A program made the translations under genes and the position numbers. From Myxococcota bacterium (GTDB lineage: Bacteria > Myxococcota_A > Polyangia > Polyangiales > Sandaracinaceae): a stretch of DNA of 48,518 nt. The notes below the pieces were generated by a model. It did no database searches, had not been told where the DNA came from, and was given only the letters and a program-made list of their open reading frames with translations. Below, in pieces: positions 39,120 to 48,518 of the stretch. How positions within the stretch are numbered: the stretch's first letter is position 1; every line of letters starts with the position of its first letter. The DNA lies in assembly GCA_036149055.1 (NCBI GenBank), contig JAYZQJ010000230.1:1-48518 (forward strand), read 5' to 3'.

Positions 39120-40919
39120 TCAGTCGCGCAAAAGGGCGAGCGCCGCCTCGTAGCGGCCGCGGGTCGCCTCGTCCCGCTCCCGGCGGATCAGCGCCTGGAG
39201 GGTGCCGGTGGCTTCGTCCCCGTAGATCTCGACCAGCGCCTCGGTCGCCTCGCGGTGGAGCGGGGCCAGGCCGGTCATGCGGGCGAGGTCCCGGCGCATG
39301 CGCGGATCACCCCGCACGCTCGGGTCGCGGCGGTATGCCCCGCGATACAGGTTGAGCGCGTTGGTGAGCCAGCCCCGGGCCACGTAGACCTGGGCGAGCG
39401 CGAGGCGGCCGCGCACGTCGGAGGCGTTGCGCCGGCGATACTGCTGGACCGCGCGGATGTGGCGGGTGGTGATCGGGTGCCCGCGCGCCACCCGGCGGCG
39501 CACCTGCACGAGGGCGCGCGGCGTCCCCTCGCGCCAGGGATTCCGGGCGGCCGGCCGCTCGGCGGGGGGCGCGACCTCCTCCTCCTCCGGCTCCTCCTCG
39601 GGGGCGTCGTCGGCCACCGTCAGGGGGCTCTCGTCCGCCGCCTCGTCGTCCGGCTCCTCGACCGGCTCCTCGACCGTCTCGTCCTCGAGCGCGCCCTCGT
39701 CGGGCTCGACCGCGTCCTCCGGCGTCGGCGCGATCGTCCCCGCTCCGGGGGCCGCGTCGGTGTTCGGCGGCGCGGGCGTCTCCTCGGGGCCGGCCGGGCC
39801 GCGCAGGTAGATCCAGGTCACCGCGCCGATCGCGATCGCGGCCATGATCGCGGCCAGGATCCAGGGGAGGCCTCCGCCCGGCCGCGTCCCGGCCTGGCTC
39901 CGCTGGAGGGCGGCCGGCATCGCGGGCGTGGTGGGCTGGGCGCCGATCGCGGTCGGCGCGTCCGATCGGATCGGCCGCTTGCCGGTGACGACGCCGCCCG
40001 CGGCGACGAACGCGCCCTCGGGCAGGGCGAGGAAGGCGTCGAGCATCGCGCCGCCGTCGGCGAACCGATCGGCGCCGTCCTTCTCGAGCGCCCGGGCGAG
40101 GAAGGCCTCGAGCGGCGCCGACACCTTCGCGCCGGGGCAGGCGCTGGCCAGGGTCGGGGCCTTGGTCAGCAGGTGCTGACGGAGCAGCTCCGCTCCCTCG
40201 AAGCCCTCGAAGGGGTGGGCCCCGGCCAGCATCTCGAAGAGCATGATCCCGGCCGCGTAGACGTCGGCCCGCTGGTCGGCGCGCCCGCCCGAGGCCTGCT
40301 CCGGGGCCATGTAGGCCGGGGTGCCGACCACGAGGCCGGTCTTGGTGAGGTTGGCGGCCGGGCCCGAGCCGTCCATGAACTTGGCCAGCCCGAAGTCGAG
40401 CACCGTGGCGTGCACCCGACCGCCGGGCAGATCGCGGACGAGCACGTTCTGCGGCTTGAGATCGCGGTGGATGACGTCGCGGGCGTGCGCGTAGGCGAGG
40501 CACGAGAGCACCTGCTCCATCACCGCGAAGGCCACCGGCGGCGCGATCGCGCCCTCGGCCTCGAGGCAGGCGTCGAGGTCCCGCCCCTCGATCAGCTCCA
40601 TCACCAGGAAGGTGGCGTCCCGGGTCGAGACGAAGTCGGTGATGGTGACGATGTTGGGGTGAGAGAGCGCGGCGAGCGCCATCGCCTCCCGCTCGAAGCG
40701 GCGCTGGAGCTCCGGCACGCACTGGTAGTGCTCGAGCAGCACCTTCAGGGCGACCTCGCGCCCGAGCACCAGGTGCTTCGCCCGGTAGACCCGGCCGATC
40801 CCGCCCACCCCGAGCAGCCCCGTGACCTGGTAGCGGTCGGCGAGCACGCGGCCCACGAGCCCCGACGGATCGGACGCGTCGTCGTCCTTGGGCGAGGTCA
40901 CCGGCGCGGGGAAAGACAC
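39120..40919 (-). CDS. Hanks-type Ser/Thr protein kinase with TM segment and C-terminal TPR-like domain
   Basis: GVGGIGRV, VALK, HRDLKPQN, DFGLAK, GTPAYMAPE, DVYAAG; TM WILAAIMAAIAIGAVTWI. Confidence 0.93.
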   Translation of the reverse strand: MSFPAPVTSPKDDDASDPSGLVGRVLADRYQVTGLLGVGGIGRVYRAKHLVLGREVALKVLLEHYQCVPELQRRFEREAMALAALSHPNIVTITDFVSTRDATFLVMELIEGRDLDACLEAEGAIAPPVAFAVMEQVLSCLAYAHARDVIHRDLKPQNVLVRDLPGGRVHATVLDFGLAKFMDGSGPAANLTKTGLVVGTPAYMAPEQASGGRADQRADVYAAGIMLFEMLAGAHPFEGFEGAELLRQHLLTKAPTLASACPGAKVSAPLEAFLARALEKDGADRFADGGAMLDAFLALPEGAFVAAGGVVTGKRPIRSDAPTAIGAQPTTPAMPAALQRSQAGTRPGGGLPWILAAIMAAIAIGAVTWIYLRGPAGPEETPAPPNTDAAPGAGTIAPTPEDAVEPDEGALEDETVEEPVEEPDDEAADESPLTVADDAPEEEPEEEEVAPPAERPAARNPWREGTPRALVQVRRRVARGHPITTRHIRAVQQYRRRNASDVRGRLALAQVYVARGWLTNALNLYRGAYRRDPSVRGDPRMRRDLARMTGLAPLHREATEALVEIYGDEATGTLQALIRRERDEATRGRYEAALALLRD

Positions 40920-40971
40920 CGCCCCATGATCGTGTGGGCCCGGCGAGGGAGCAAGCCGAACCGGCCTGCGA

Positions 40972-41304
40972 TCAGGCGCTCAGGACGAGCTGCGCGCCGT
41001 AGAGGTGGAAGATGCCGACGCCGGCGTACACGGCGAGCGCGCCGACGCTGCCGAGCCGGGCGAGCAGACGCTCGCGGTGACGCCAAAGCACCCAGACCCC
41101 GGCGGACACGAGCCCCAGCTTGGCGAGGGCGAAGCCGGGCGCGCCCAGCTGGAGGAAGCTCGCCATCACCGGGTTGGCCTCCTCCGCGTATCCAGCGGTC
41201 ACGAAGAACACGGTGGCCACGAGATCGAAGAGGTTGAGCAAGAGCACCCCGGCGAGCGTGAGCGAGACCCAGCGGCTGGAGGGGGCGCGAGCGGTGGCGA
41301 TCAT
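40972..41304 (-). CDS. DUF5658-family small membrane protein
   Basis: LNLFDLVAT...EEANPVM...FALAKL. Confidence 0.75.
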   Translation of the reverse strand: MIATARAPSSRWVSLTLAGVLLLNLFDLVATVFFVTAGYAEEANPVMASFLQLGAPGFALAKLGLVSAGVWVLWRHRERLLARLGSVGALAVYAGVGIFHLYGAQLVLSA

Positions 41305-41398
41305 GTCCCCCAAGCACAGCAATCGCCGATCCAGCCGGCGCGGCCGGGGCGTGCGGCCCCACGCGGCGCGACGAATGCGTCACGCGTGCGGCGAGGCG

Positions 41399-42799
41399 CT
41401 ACGGGCTCTCGCAGACGAGGCTCAGGTAGCCGACGCCGCAGCCGAGATCGTTCCAGCGCCCGCCGGCGGCCGCGGCGATCTCGACGCAGTCCTCCTCGAC
41501 CGGGGCGAGCCCGCCGTTGTCAGGCTGGTCGGCGTTCCAGTTCGAGTAGCCGCCGAGGGGTGAGCCGTCCGGCCAGACGTAGACGCCCTCGCTCGCCCGG
41601 TCCTCGAGGCCGATCCACCAGTCGTCGGGGGCGCCGCGGCTGATCTCGCCCCACACGAACGACTGCTCGGCCGCGCTCTCGATCGCGGTGAGCGCGTAGC
41701 CCACGCTCGCGCAGCGCGCGGTGGCCATCGTGTGGTCGTAGGCGCCGCGGCAGAAGAGGTAGCTGTGGCCGCCGAAGGTCCGGCGCGGGCAGGGACACGG
41801 CTCGGCGCCCCCCGAGGGCGCCTCGTCGAGCGTTCCGTCGCAGTCCTGATCCCGCGCGTCGCAGGTCTCGGTCCCGCCCGGCCGGCAGCTCGCGCAGTCG
41901 TCGTCGCAGTCGCCGGCCGACGCGACGTGCCCGGCCGGCGCGGTGCAGGCCTCCACGGTGACGCCCGGGTCGCCGTGGCCGTCGCCGTCCCGGTCCCGGT
42001 AGAAGGTGGTCCGCGCGCCCTCGTCGACCCGGCCGTCGCAGTCCTGGTCGCGCGTGTCGCAGGCCTCGGCCGCGCCGGGGTGGCAGCCGGCGCAGTCGTC
42101 GTCGCAGTCGTCGCCCACCAGCGCCCAGCCGGGGGACGCGCCGCAGTCCGCGGTCACCATCGACGCGTCGCCGTGCCCGTCGCCGTCGGCGTCCCGGTAG
42201 ACGGTGATCTGCACGCCCTCGTCGACGAGGCCGTCGCAGTCCTCGTCGGTGATCCCGTCGCAGGCCTCGGCGGCCGGCTCGACCGCGCCGACGCAGGGGC
42301 CGAGCGCGCCGCCCGCGCAGGTCTGGGTCCCCGGCCGGCAGGCCCCGACGTCGCTCCCGCAGGCGCGGCTCTCCCCCTCGACGCACGGGCAGCCCTCGTC
42401 GGTCGCGCCGTCGCAGTCCTCGTCGGTCGCGCCGTCGCAGGCCTCCGCGCCGGGCCCGACGCCCCCCTCGCACGCGCCCCACACGCCGGCGGCGCAGGTC
42501 TCGGTCCCGGGCGCGCAGGCCCCGACGTCGCTCCCGCAGCCGCGGGTCAGCGCCTCGTCGACGGCCCCGTCGCAGTCCTCGTCGCGGCCGTCGCAGGTCT
42601 CGGGCGCCGGCACGCAGTCGCCCCCGTCGACCCCCCCGTCATCGCCACTCGCGTCGACCACGCTCGCGTCTCGCACCGCGCCGTCGAGAGGCTCGCGCAA
42701 CCCTCCGCGATCCAGCGCGCAGCCCGTCGTGAGCGTGAGCCACGGGATTATCGTGAGACACGCGATGAAGGCCCATCCCCAGCGCCGACGTCCCCCCAT
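41399..42799 (-). CDS. Lipoprotein with Cys/Asp-rich (MopE-like) repeats and C-terminal C-type lectin domain
   Basis: ExCDGxDxDCDGxxDE and YRDxDGDGHGD repeats; WWIGLED, EGVYVW, NWNADQPD, EDCV, WNDLGC, LVCE. Confidence 0.88.
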   Translation of the reverse strand: MGGRRRWGWAFIACLTIIPWLTLTTGCALDRGGLREPLDGAVRDASVVDASGDDGGVDGGDCVPAPETCDGRDEDCDGAVDEALTRGCGSDVGACAPGTETCAAGVWGACEGGVGPGAEACDGATDEDCDGATDEGCPCVEGESRACGSDVGACRPGTQTCAGGALGPCVGAVEPAAEACDGITDEDCDGLVDEGVQITVYRDADGDGHGDASMVTADCGASPGWALVGDDCDDDCAGCHPGAAEACDTRDQDCDGRVDEGARTTFYRDRDGDGHGDPGVTVEACTAPAGHVASAGDCDDDCASCRPGGTETCDARDQDCDGTLDEAPSGGAEPCPCPRRTFGGHSYLFCRGAYDHTMATARCASVGYALTAIESAAEQSFVWGEISRGAPDDWWIGLEDRASEGVYVWPDGSPLGGYSNWNADQPDNGGLAPVEEDCVEIAAAAGGRWNDLGCGVGYLSLVCESP

Positions 42800-42823
42800 G
42801 ACCCGGCCATGGTGACAATCCGT

Positions 42824-44023
42824 TCAACGATTGTCGAGCGGATCTGCGGTCGGGGCGAGCGGGCGGACGAAGACGACGACCATCACGAGGGCGAGGAGCG
42901 CGGCGCTGAACACGTACGGCAGCTCCGGCCGCAGCTCGAAGAACGCGCCGCCGACCACCGGGCCGAGCGTCCGGCCGAGCCCCTGCGAGCTGCCGTTCCA
43001 GCCGGCGACCGCGCCCTGCTCGTCGGCGCCGACCGAGAGCGACAGCGCCGCCGTCACCCCCGGCAAGACCAGCCCCTGTCCGAGGCCCTGCACCCAGAGC
43101 GCGGCCGAGAGCAGCCAGAGATCGTCGGCGAAGACGAAGAGGCCGAAGCCGGCCAGCGCGATGGGCACACCGAGCCGGACCAGGGTCGCCGGCTGCCAGG
43201 TCACGCGCCGCACCAGGAACCCCTGGGTCAGCACGACCACCACCCCGTAGCCCACCAGGGCGATCCCGACGGTCTTCGCCGTCTCCACCTCCCCGAGCTC
43301 GAGGCGCGCCTGGAAGTAGAGCGCGACCGTCTGCTCCATCGCCACCGACGCGAGCGTCGCCGCGAGCCCCACCGCGAGGATGGGCCAGACCTTCGACCAC
43401 ACGCTCGGCGCGTCGGCGTCGGGGGGAGGCGGCGCGCGGCGCTCCGGCTCGGGCAGCGCGAAGAGCACGAACAGGCCGTTGACCACCGCGATCGACGCGC
43501 TGAAGAAGACCGGCGCGAGCAGGTTGTCGGTGAGCGCCGCGAGGCCGGCCCCGATCGCGGGCCCGAAGACGATGCCCGAGCCGAAGGCGGCGCCGATCAG
43601 GGCCATCGCCCGCGTCCGATCCTCGGGGCCGGAGAGGTCGGCCGCGTAGGCCTGCGCGGTGGGGATGGTGGCCGACGAGAGCGCGCCCCCGAAGAGCCGG
43701 CAGCCGAGGAGCGCGCCGTAGAGCGGCCAGTGCGAGAGCCCGCCCTGGAGGCCCAGCCAGGCCACCGCGCCGAACGCGTAGAACGAGATCGCGAAGCCGC
43801 CGATGCCGATCAGCATCGTGGAGACCCGCCCCTTCGCGTCGCTGCGCCGCCCCCAGAAGCGGGACATCACGAGCTGCATGAACGCGTAGCCGGTCGAGAA
43901 GGTCGTGATCTCGAACGGGCTCAGGCCGAGCTCCAGGCCGAGCGGCGGCAGGACCGGGAAGAGGACGGAGAGCCCCAGGATGCTGTTGAAGAGCGCGAGG
44001 AACAGCAGGGCCATGGGGCGCAT
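42824..44023 (-). CDS. MFS transporter (TetA/DHA1-like)
   Basis: [10 protein letters not shown] motif A, AQAYAAD, FGPAIG; about 12 TM. Confidence 0.92.
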   Translation of the reverse strand: MRPMALLFLALFNSILGLSVLFPVLPPLGLELGLSPFEITTFSTGYAFMQLVMSRFWGRRSDAKGRVSTMLIGIGGFAISFYAFGAVAWLGLQGGLSHWPLYGALLGCRLFGGALSSATIPTAQAYAADLSGPEDRTRAMALIGAAFGSGIVFGPAIGAGLAALTDNLLAPVFFSASIAVVNGLFVLFALPEPERRAPPPPDADAPSVWSKVWPILAVGLAATLASVAMEQTVALYFQARLELGEVETAKTVGIALVGYGVVVVLTQGFLVRRVTWQPATLVRLGVPIALAGFGLFVFADDLWLLSAALWVQGLGQGLVLPGVTAALSLSVGADEQGAVAGWNGSSQGLGRTLGPVVGGAFFELRPELPYVFSAALLALVMVVVFVRPLAPTADPLDNR

Positions 44024-44070
44024 CGATCGCCCGGTGTGCCCCGCCCGCCGAACGCGTGCAAGCTCGGCGG

Positions 44071-44553
44071 GTGGCGAAGGCGACCAAGACGAACGCGGCG
44101 CGGCTGCTCGATCGGGCCGGCGTGGCCTACGAGGTGCGCGAGTACGAGGTGGATCCGGACGACCTCTCGGCGACGACGGTGGCCGGCAAGGTGGGCCTGG
44201 CGCCCGAGCGCGTGTTCAAGACGCTGCTCGCCCGCGGCGCGACCACGGGCCCCTGCTTCGCGCTCGTCGCGGCCCACGCGGAGCTCGACCTCAAGGCCCT
44301 CGCGCGCGCCCGCGGCGACAAGAAGATCGCGCTCGTGGCCCTCAAGGAGGTCGAGCCGCTCACCGGCTACATCCGCGGCGGCGTCACCGTGCTCGGCGCC
44401 AAGCGTCGCTTCCCGGTCGTCGCCGACGCGAGCTTCGTGACCTTCGATCGGGTCGCGGTCAGCGCCGGCGTGCGCGGCGCCCAGCTCGTGCTCGACCCCG
44501 AGGCCTACGTGCGTGTGATCGAGGCCACCGTCGCCCCGATCCAGAGCTGCTAG
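44071..44553 (+). CDS. ybaK: Cys-tRNA(Pro) deacylase
   Basis: [30 protein letters not shown]. Confidence 0.92.
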   Translation: MAKATKTNAARLLDRAGVAYEVREYEVDPDDLSATTVAGKVGLAPERVFKTLLARGATTGPCFALVAAHAELDLKALARARGDKKIALVALKEVEPLTGYIRGGVTVLGAKRRFPVVADASFVTFDRVAVSAGVRGAQLVLDPEAYVRVIEATVAPIQSC

Positions 44554-44589
44554 CAGCGCATCACGCGCAGATTCGCCGCGCGCTGCTAG
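44550..44589. promoter_or_regulatory. Perfect 10-bp inverted repeat between ybaK and frmA (operator or terminator-like)
   Basis: CTAGCAGCGC-N20-GCGCTGCTAG; no U-tract. Confidence 0.4.
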
Positions 44590-44615
44590 GGTGCGCATCC
44601 ATCCGAGGAGGAACC

Positions 44616-45724
<1,109 letters not shown>

Positions 45725-45725
<1 letters not shown>

Positions 45726-46549
45726 TGGAGACGACGAAGTCCTGGGCCGCCTTCGGCGGCACGCAGCGCTGGTGCGCGCACGAGTCGGAGGCCTGCGGCG
45801 GGCGCATGGAGCTCAGCGTCTACGTGCCGCCCGGCGACGGACCGTTCCCGGTCGTCTACTTCCTCTCGGGCCTGACCTGCACGCCCGAGAACTTCACCAC
45901 CAAGGCGGGCGCGCAGCGGGTCGCGTCGGAGCTCGGCCTCCTCGTGGTCGCGCCCGACACCAGCCCCCGCGGCGCGGGTTACCCGGGGGAGGACGACGAC
46001 TGGGACTTCGGCACCGGCGCCGGCTTCTACGTCGACGCGACCGAGGCCCCGTGGTCGGCGCGCTACCGCATGTACAGCTACGTGACCGAGGAGCTGCCCG
46101 GGCTGATCGACGCGAGCTTCCCGACCACCGGCGCGCGCTCGATCCTCGGTCACTCCATGGGCGGACACGGCGCGCTGGTGATCGGCCTCCGGCAGCCCGA
46201 GCGGTGGCGGAGCGTCTCGGCGCTCGCGCCCATCGTGGCCCCGACCCAGGTCCCGTGGGGACAGAAGGCGTTCTCCGGCTACCTGGGAGACGACGAGCGC
46301 GCGTGGCGGGCCTACGACGCGACCGCCCTCGTCGCCGGGACCCAGCGCGAGGACACGATCCTGATCGATCAGGGCACCGCCGACTCCTTCCTGGAGCGCG
46401 AGCTGCGGCACGAGCTGTTCCAGAAGGCGTGCGCCGACGCGGGCCAGCCGCTCGAGCTGCGCATGCGGGACGGCTACGACCACAGCTACTACTTCATCGC
46501 GACCTTCATCGAGGACCACCTCCGGCATCACGCCGCGCACCTGGCCTGA
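45725..46549 (+). CDS. fghA: S-formylglutathione hydrolase
   Basis: LSGLTCT, APDTSPRG, GAGFYVDAT, GHSMGGHGAL, GYDHSYYFI; TGATG coupling. Confidence 0.95.
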
Positions 46550-46576
46550 CCGCGCTCTGCGGCTACAGGCCCGTGC

Positions 46577-47683
46577 ATGACGGCCACGGCGAAGGAGCGG
46601 ATCCAGGGCGCGCTGCACGCGGTGGAGGAGCGCGTCGACGCGGCCCGGCGGGCGGTGAAGGCGAAGACCGGGCTTCGGGATCCGGTGCGTCCGCTCCCCT
46701 ACCGCGGGTGGGGAGCGGACGGCGCCCTCCATCTGCGCGGGCGGGTGCTCGAGGACGAGGGCATCCAGGACATCGACGGGGACGGCCTCGCCGGCCGCCT
46801 CTGGAAGATGTGGAAGCGCTACGAGAGCGACGAGATCCCGGGCGCGGAGCTCGAGGTCCGGCTCGGCGACCGGGTCGAGCGGCTCGAGACCGACGAGGAG
46901 GGCTTCTTCACCGTGGAGCTCGAGGGCGTGCCGCTCGAGGCGCCGTGGACCGAGCTCGAGGTGCGGCTGCGCTCGCCCCTGAACGACGACCAGGACAACC
47001 CCCCGGTCACCGGCTGCGTCCGGGTGGCGGGCCCGAACGCGAAGCGCGCGATCGTGAGCGACATCGACGACACCATCGTGAAGACCGGCGCGACGAGCTT
47101 CCTGAAGCACGCGCGCACGGTGCTGCTGAACGACGCGGAGAGCCGCGAGCCCTTCGCCGGCGTCGGCGCCCTCTACCGGGCCCTCGAGGCGGGCCCTTCG
47201 GGAGACCAGGCCAACCCGATCTTCTACGTCTCGTCGAGCCCCTGGAACCTCTACGACCTCTTCGAGAGCTTCCTCGAGCTGCACGACATCCCCCTCGGCC
47301 CGATCTTCCTGAAGGACTTCGGCGTCGACGAGGACAAGCTCCTGAAGGAAGGCCACACGAGCTACAAGGTCGACCGCATCCTGCGCCTCGTCGACGCGCA
47401 CCCGTCGCTCTCCTTCCTGCTCGTCGGCGACAGCGGCCAGCGCGACGCCTGGGTCTTCGAGGAGGTCGTGAAGCGCCGCGAGGGCAGAGTGGAGGCCTGC
47501 TGGCTCCGCGACCTCGATCCCAGCGACCCCGACCCCGACATCGAAGCGATCGAAGCCCGCGTCCGCGCCCGCGGCGTCCTCATGCGCCGCGTCCCCCACC
47601 TCGGCGAAGCCGCGCGCGACGCCTTCGACCGCGGCTGGATCGACGGGCCCCAGCGCGACGCCGTCCTCCGCGCCGTCTCCTAG
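46577..47683 (+). CDS. App1-like phosphatidate phosphatase (DUF2183) protein
   Basis: IVSDIDDTI, FYVSSSPWNLY, LVGDSGQRD. Confidence 0.88.
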   Translation: MTATAKERIQGALHAVEERVDAARRAVKAKTGLRDPVRPLPYRGWGADGALHLRGRVLEDEGIQDIDGDGLAGRLWKMWKRYESDEIPGAELEVRLGDRVERLETDEEGFFTVELEGVPLEAPWTELEVRLRSPLNDDQDNPPVTGCVRVAGPNAKRAIVSDIDDTIVKTGATSFLKHARTVLLNDAESREPFAGVGALYRALEAGPSGDQANPIFYVSSSPWNLYDLFESFLELHDIPLGPIFLKDFGVDEDKLLKEGHTSYKVDRILRLVDAHPSLSFLLVGDSGQRDAWVFEEVVKRREGRVEACWLRDLDPSDPDPDIEAIEARVRARGVLMRRVPHLGEAARDAFDRGWIDGPQRDAVLRAVS

Positions 47684-47695
47684 CCCCCTCTTCCG

Positions 47696-48271
47696 GGGAC
47701 GATCCTATTCGAATCATCGAAGGCCCCCGCGCTCCGCCCTCCGCCCAAGTTCTCGTCGTCAACGCATTCTTGGGGGGAGAGGGGAGGAGGGAGGCGAGGG
47801 GGAAAATGGGTCCAGATGCTGCCGCATCCAGGCGCACGCGCCGCCGACCCCCGTACGCATCCCTCGCCCGCGTCCTCACCGCTCCTTCCCAGGGACGAAC
47901 CCATTCGAATCATCGAAGTCCCCCGCGCTCCGCCTCCGCCCGAGGTTTTCGTCGTCAACGCAGTTTTTGGGGGAGAGGGGAGGAGGGAGGCGAGGAGGAG
48001 AATGGGTCCAGACGCTGCCGCATCCAGGCGCACGCGCCGCCGACCCCCGTACGCATCCCTCGCCCGCGTCCTTTGCGCTCCCTCCCAGGGACGAACCCAT
48101 TCGAATCATCGAAGTCCCCCGCGCTCCGCGCTCCGCCCAAGGTTCTCGTCGTCAACGCAGTTTTTGGGGGGAGAGGGGAGGAGGGAGGCGACGAGGAGAA
48201 TGGGTCCAGACGCTGCCGCATCCAGGCGCACGCGCCGCCGACCCCCGTACGCATCCCTCGCCCGCGTCCTC
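47696..48271. repeat. Non-coding tandem repeat, 3 x ~196 bp, high identity
   Basis: GGGACGA at 47696, 47892, 48088; shared TTCGAATCATCGAA, TCGTCGTCAACGCA, purine tract, AATGGGTCCAGA, GCATCCAGGCGCACGCGCCGCCGACCCCCGTACGCATCCCTCGCCCGCGTCCT. Confidence 0.95.
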
Positions 48272-48284
48272 CCCGCCCCCGCGT

Positions 48285-48450
48285 CCTCCGCTACCGCGCC
48301 CGCTACCGCGCCCGCTGCCGCCCCCCGCTGCCGCGCCCGCTTCCGCGCCCGCTGCCGCTCCCCGCAGCCGCTCCCCGCAGCCGCTCCCCGCAGCCGCTCC
48401 CCGCAGCCGCCCCCGGCTGCCGCCCCCCCCAGCCGCTCCCCGCAGCGTGC
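48285..48450. repeat. C-rich short tandem repeats (12-mers, then 13-mer CGCAGCCGCTCCC)
   Basis: Seen directly. Confidence 0.8.
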
Positions 48451-48518
48451 CGCGGGGCCCCCGCCGCCCCCCCGGCCCAGTTCCAAGAATGAAAACGATC
48501 GGGCCCGCCGCACATCCG

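Noticed and set aside
47696..48271. CRISPR array or coding repeat
   Set aside because: Whole 196-bp units are near-identical with no unique spacers; ORFs across them change frame each unit.
48285..48450. Functional G-quadruplex in the C-rich repeats
   Set aside because: G-runs are common at this GC content, loops are long, and context is cut off by the window end.

Overview
Very GC-rich, gene-dense bacterial chromosomal segment. The Cys-rich/DAG-linker lipoproteins, eukaryote-like domains, Ser/Thr kinase and CdbA-like RHH gene point to a myxobacterium (Polyangia/Sandaracinaceae-like; inference). About 43 CDS are supported. Housekeeping genes include lepA, miaB, msrA, ybaK, frmA-fghA and a CDC48-family ATPase. 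Best candidate for an undescribed system: a tightly packed, probably Fur-type-regulated operon (DUF4856 lipoprotein, imelysin-like lipoprotein, vitamin K-dependent carboxylase-like HTTM protein, FecA-like TonB-dependent receptor, EamA transporter). Other notable items: (1) a non-coding repeat family built on triplicated 8-mers, found at two loci, one as a head-to-head array with an A/B higher-order period; (2) a separate 3 x 196-bp structured tandem repeat; (3) a recurring -10-like hexamer 6-9 nt before many start codons, suggesting widespread leaderless mRNAs; (4) an orphan 79-aa flagellar-rod-like miniprotein; (5) an LBP/BPI-like lipoprotein. No rRNA, tRNA, CRISPR array, transposase or phage gene was recognised. 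All family calls come from motif recognition by eye, not database searches.
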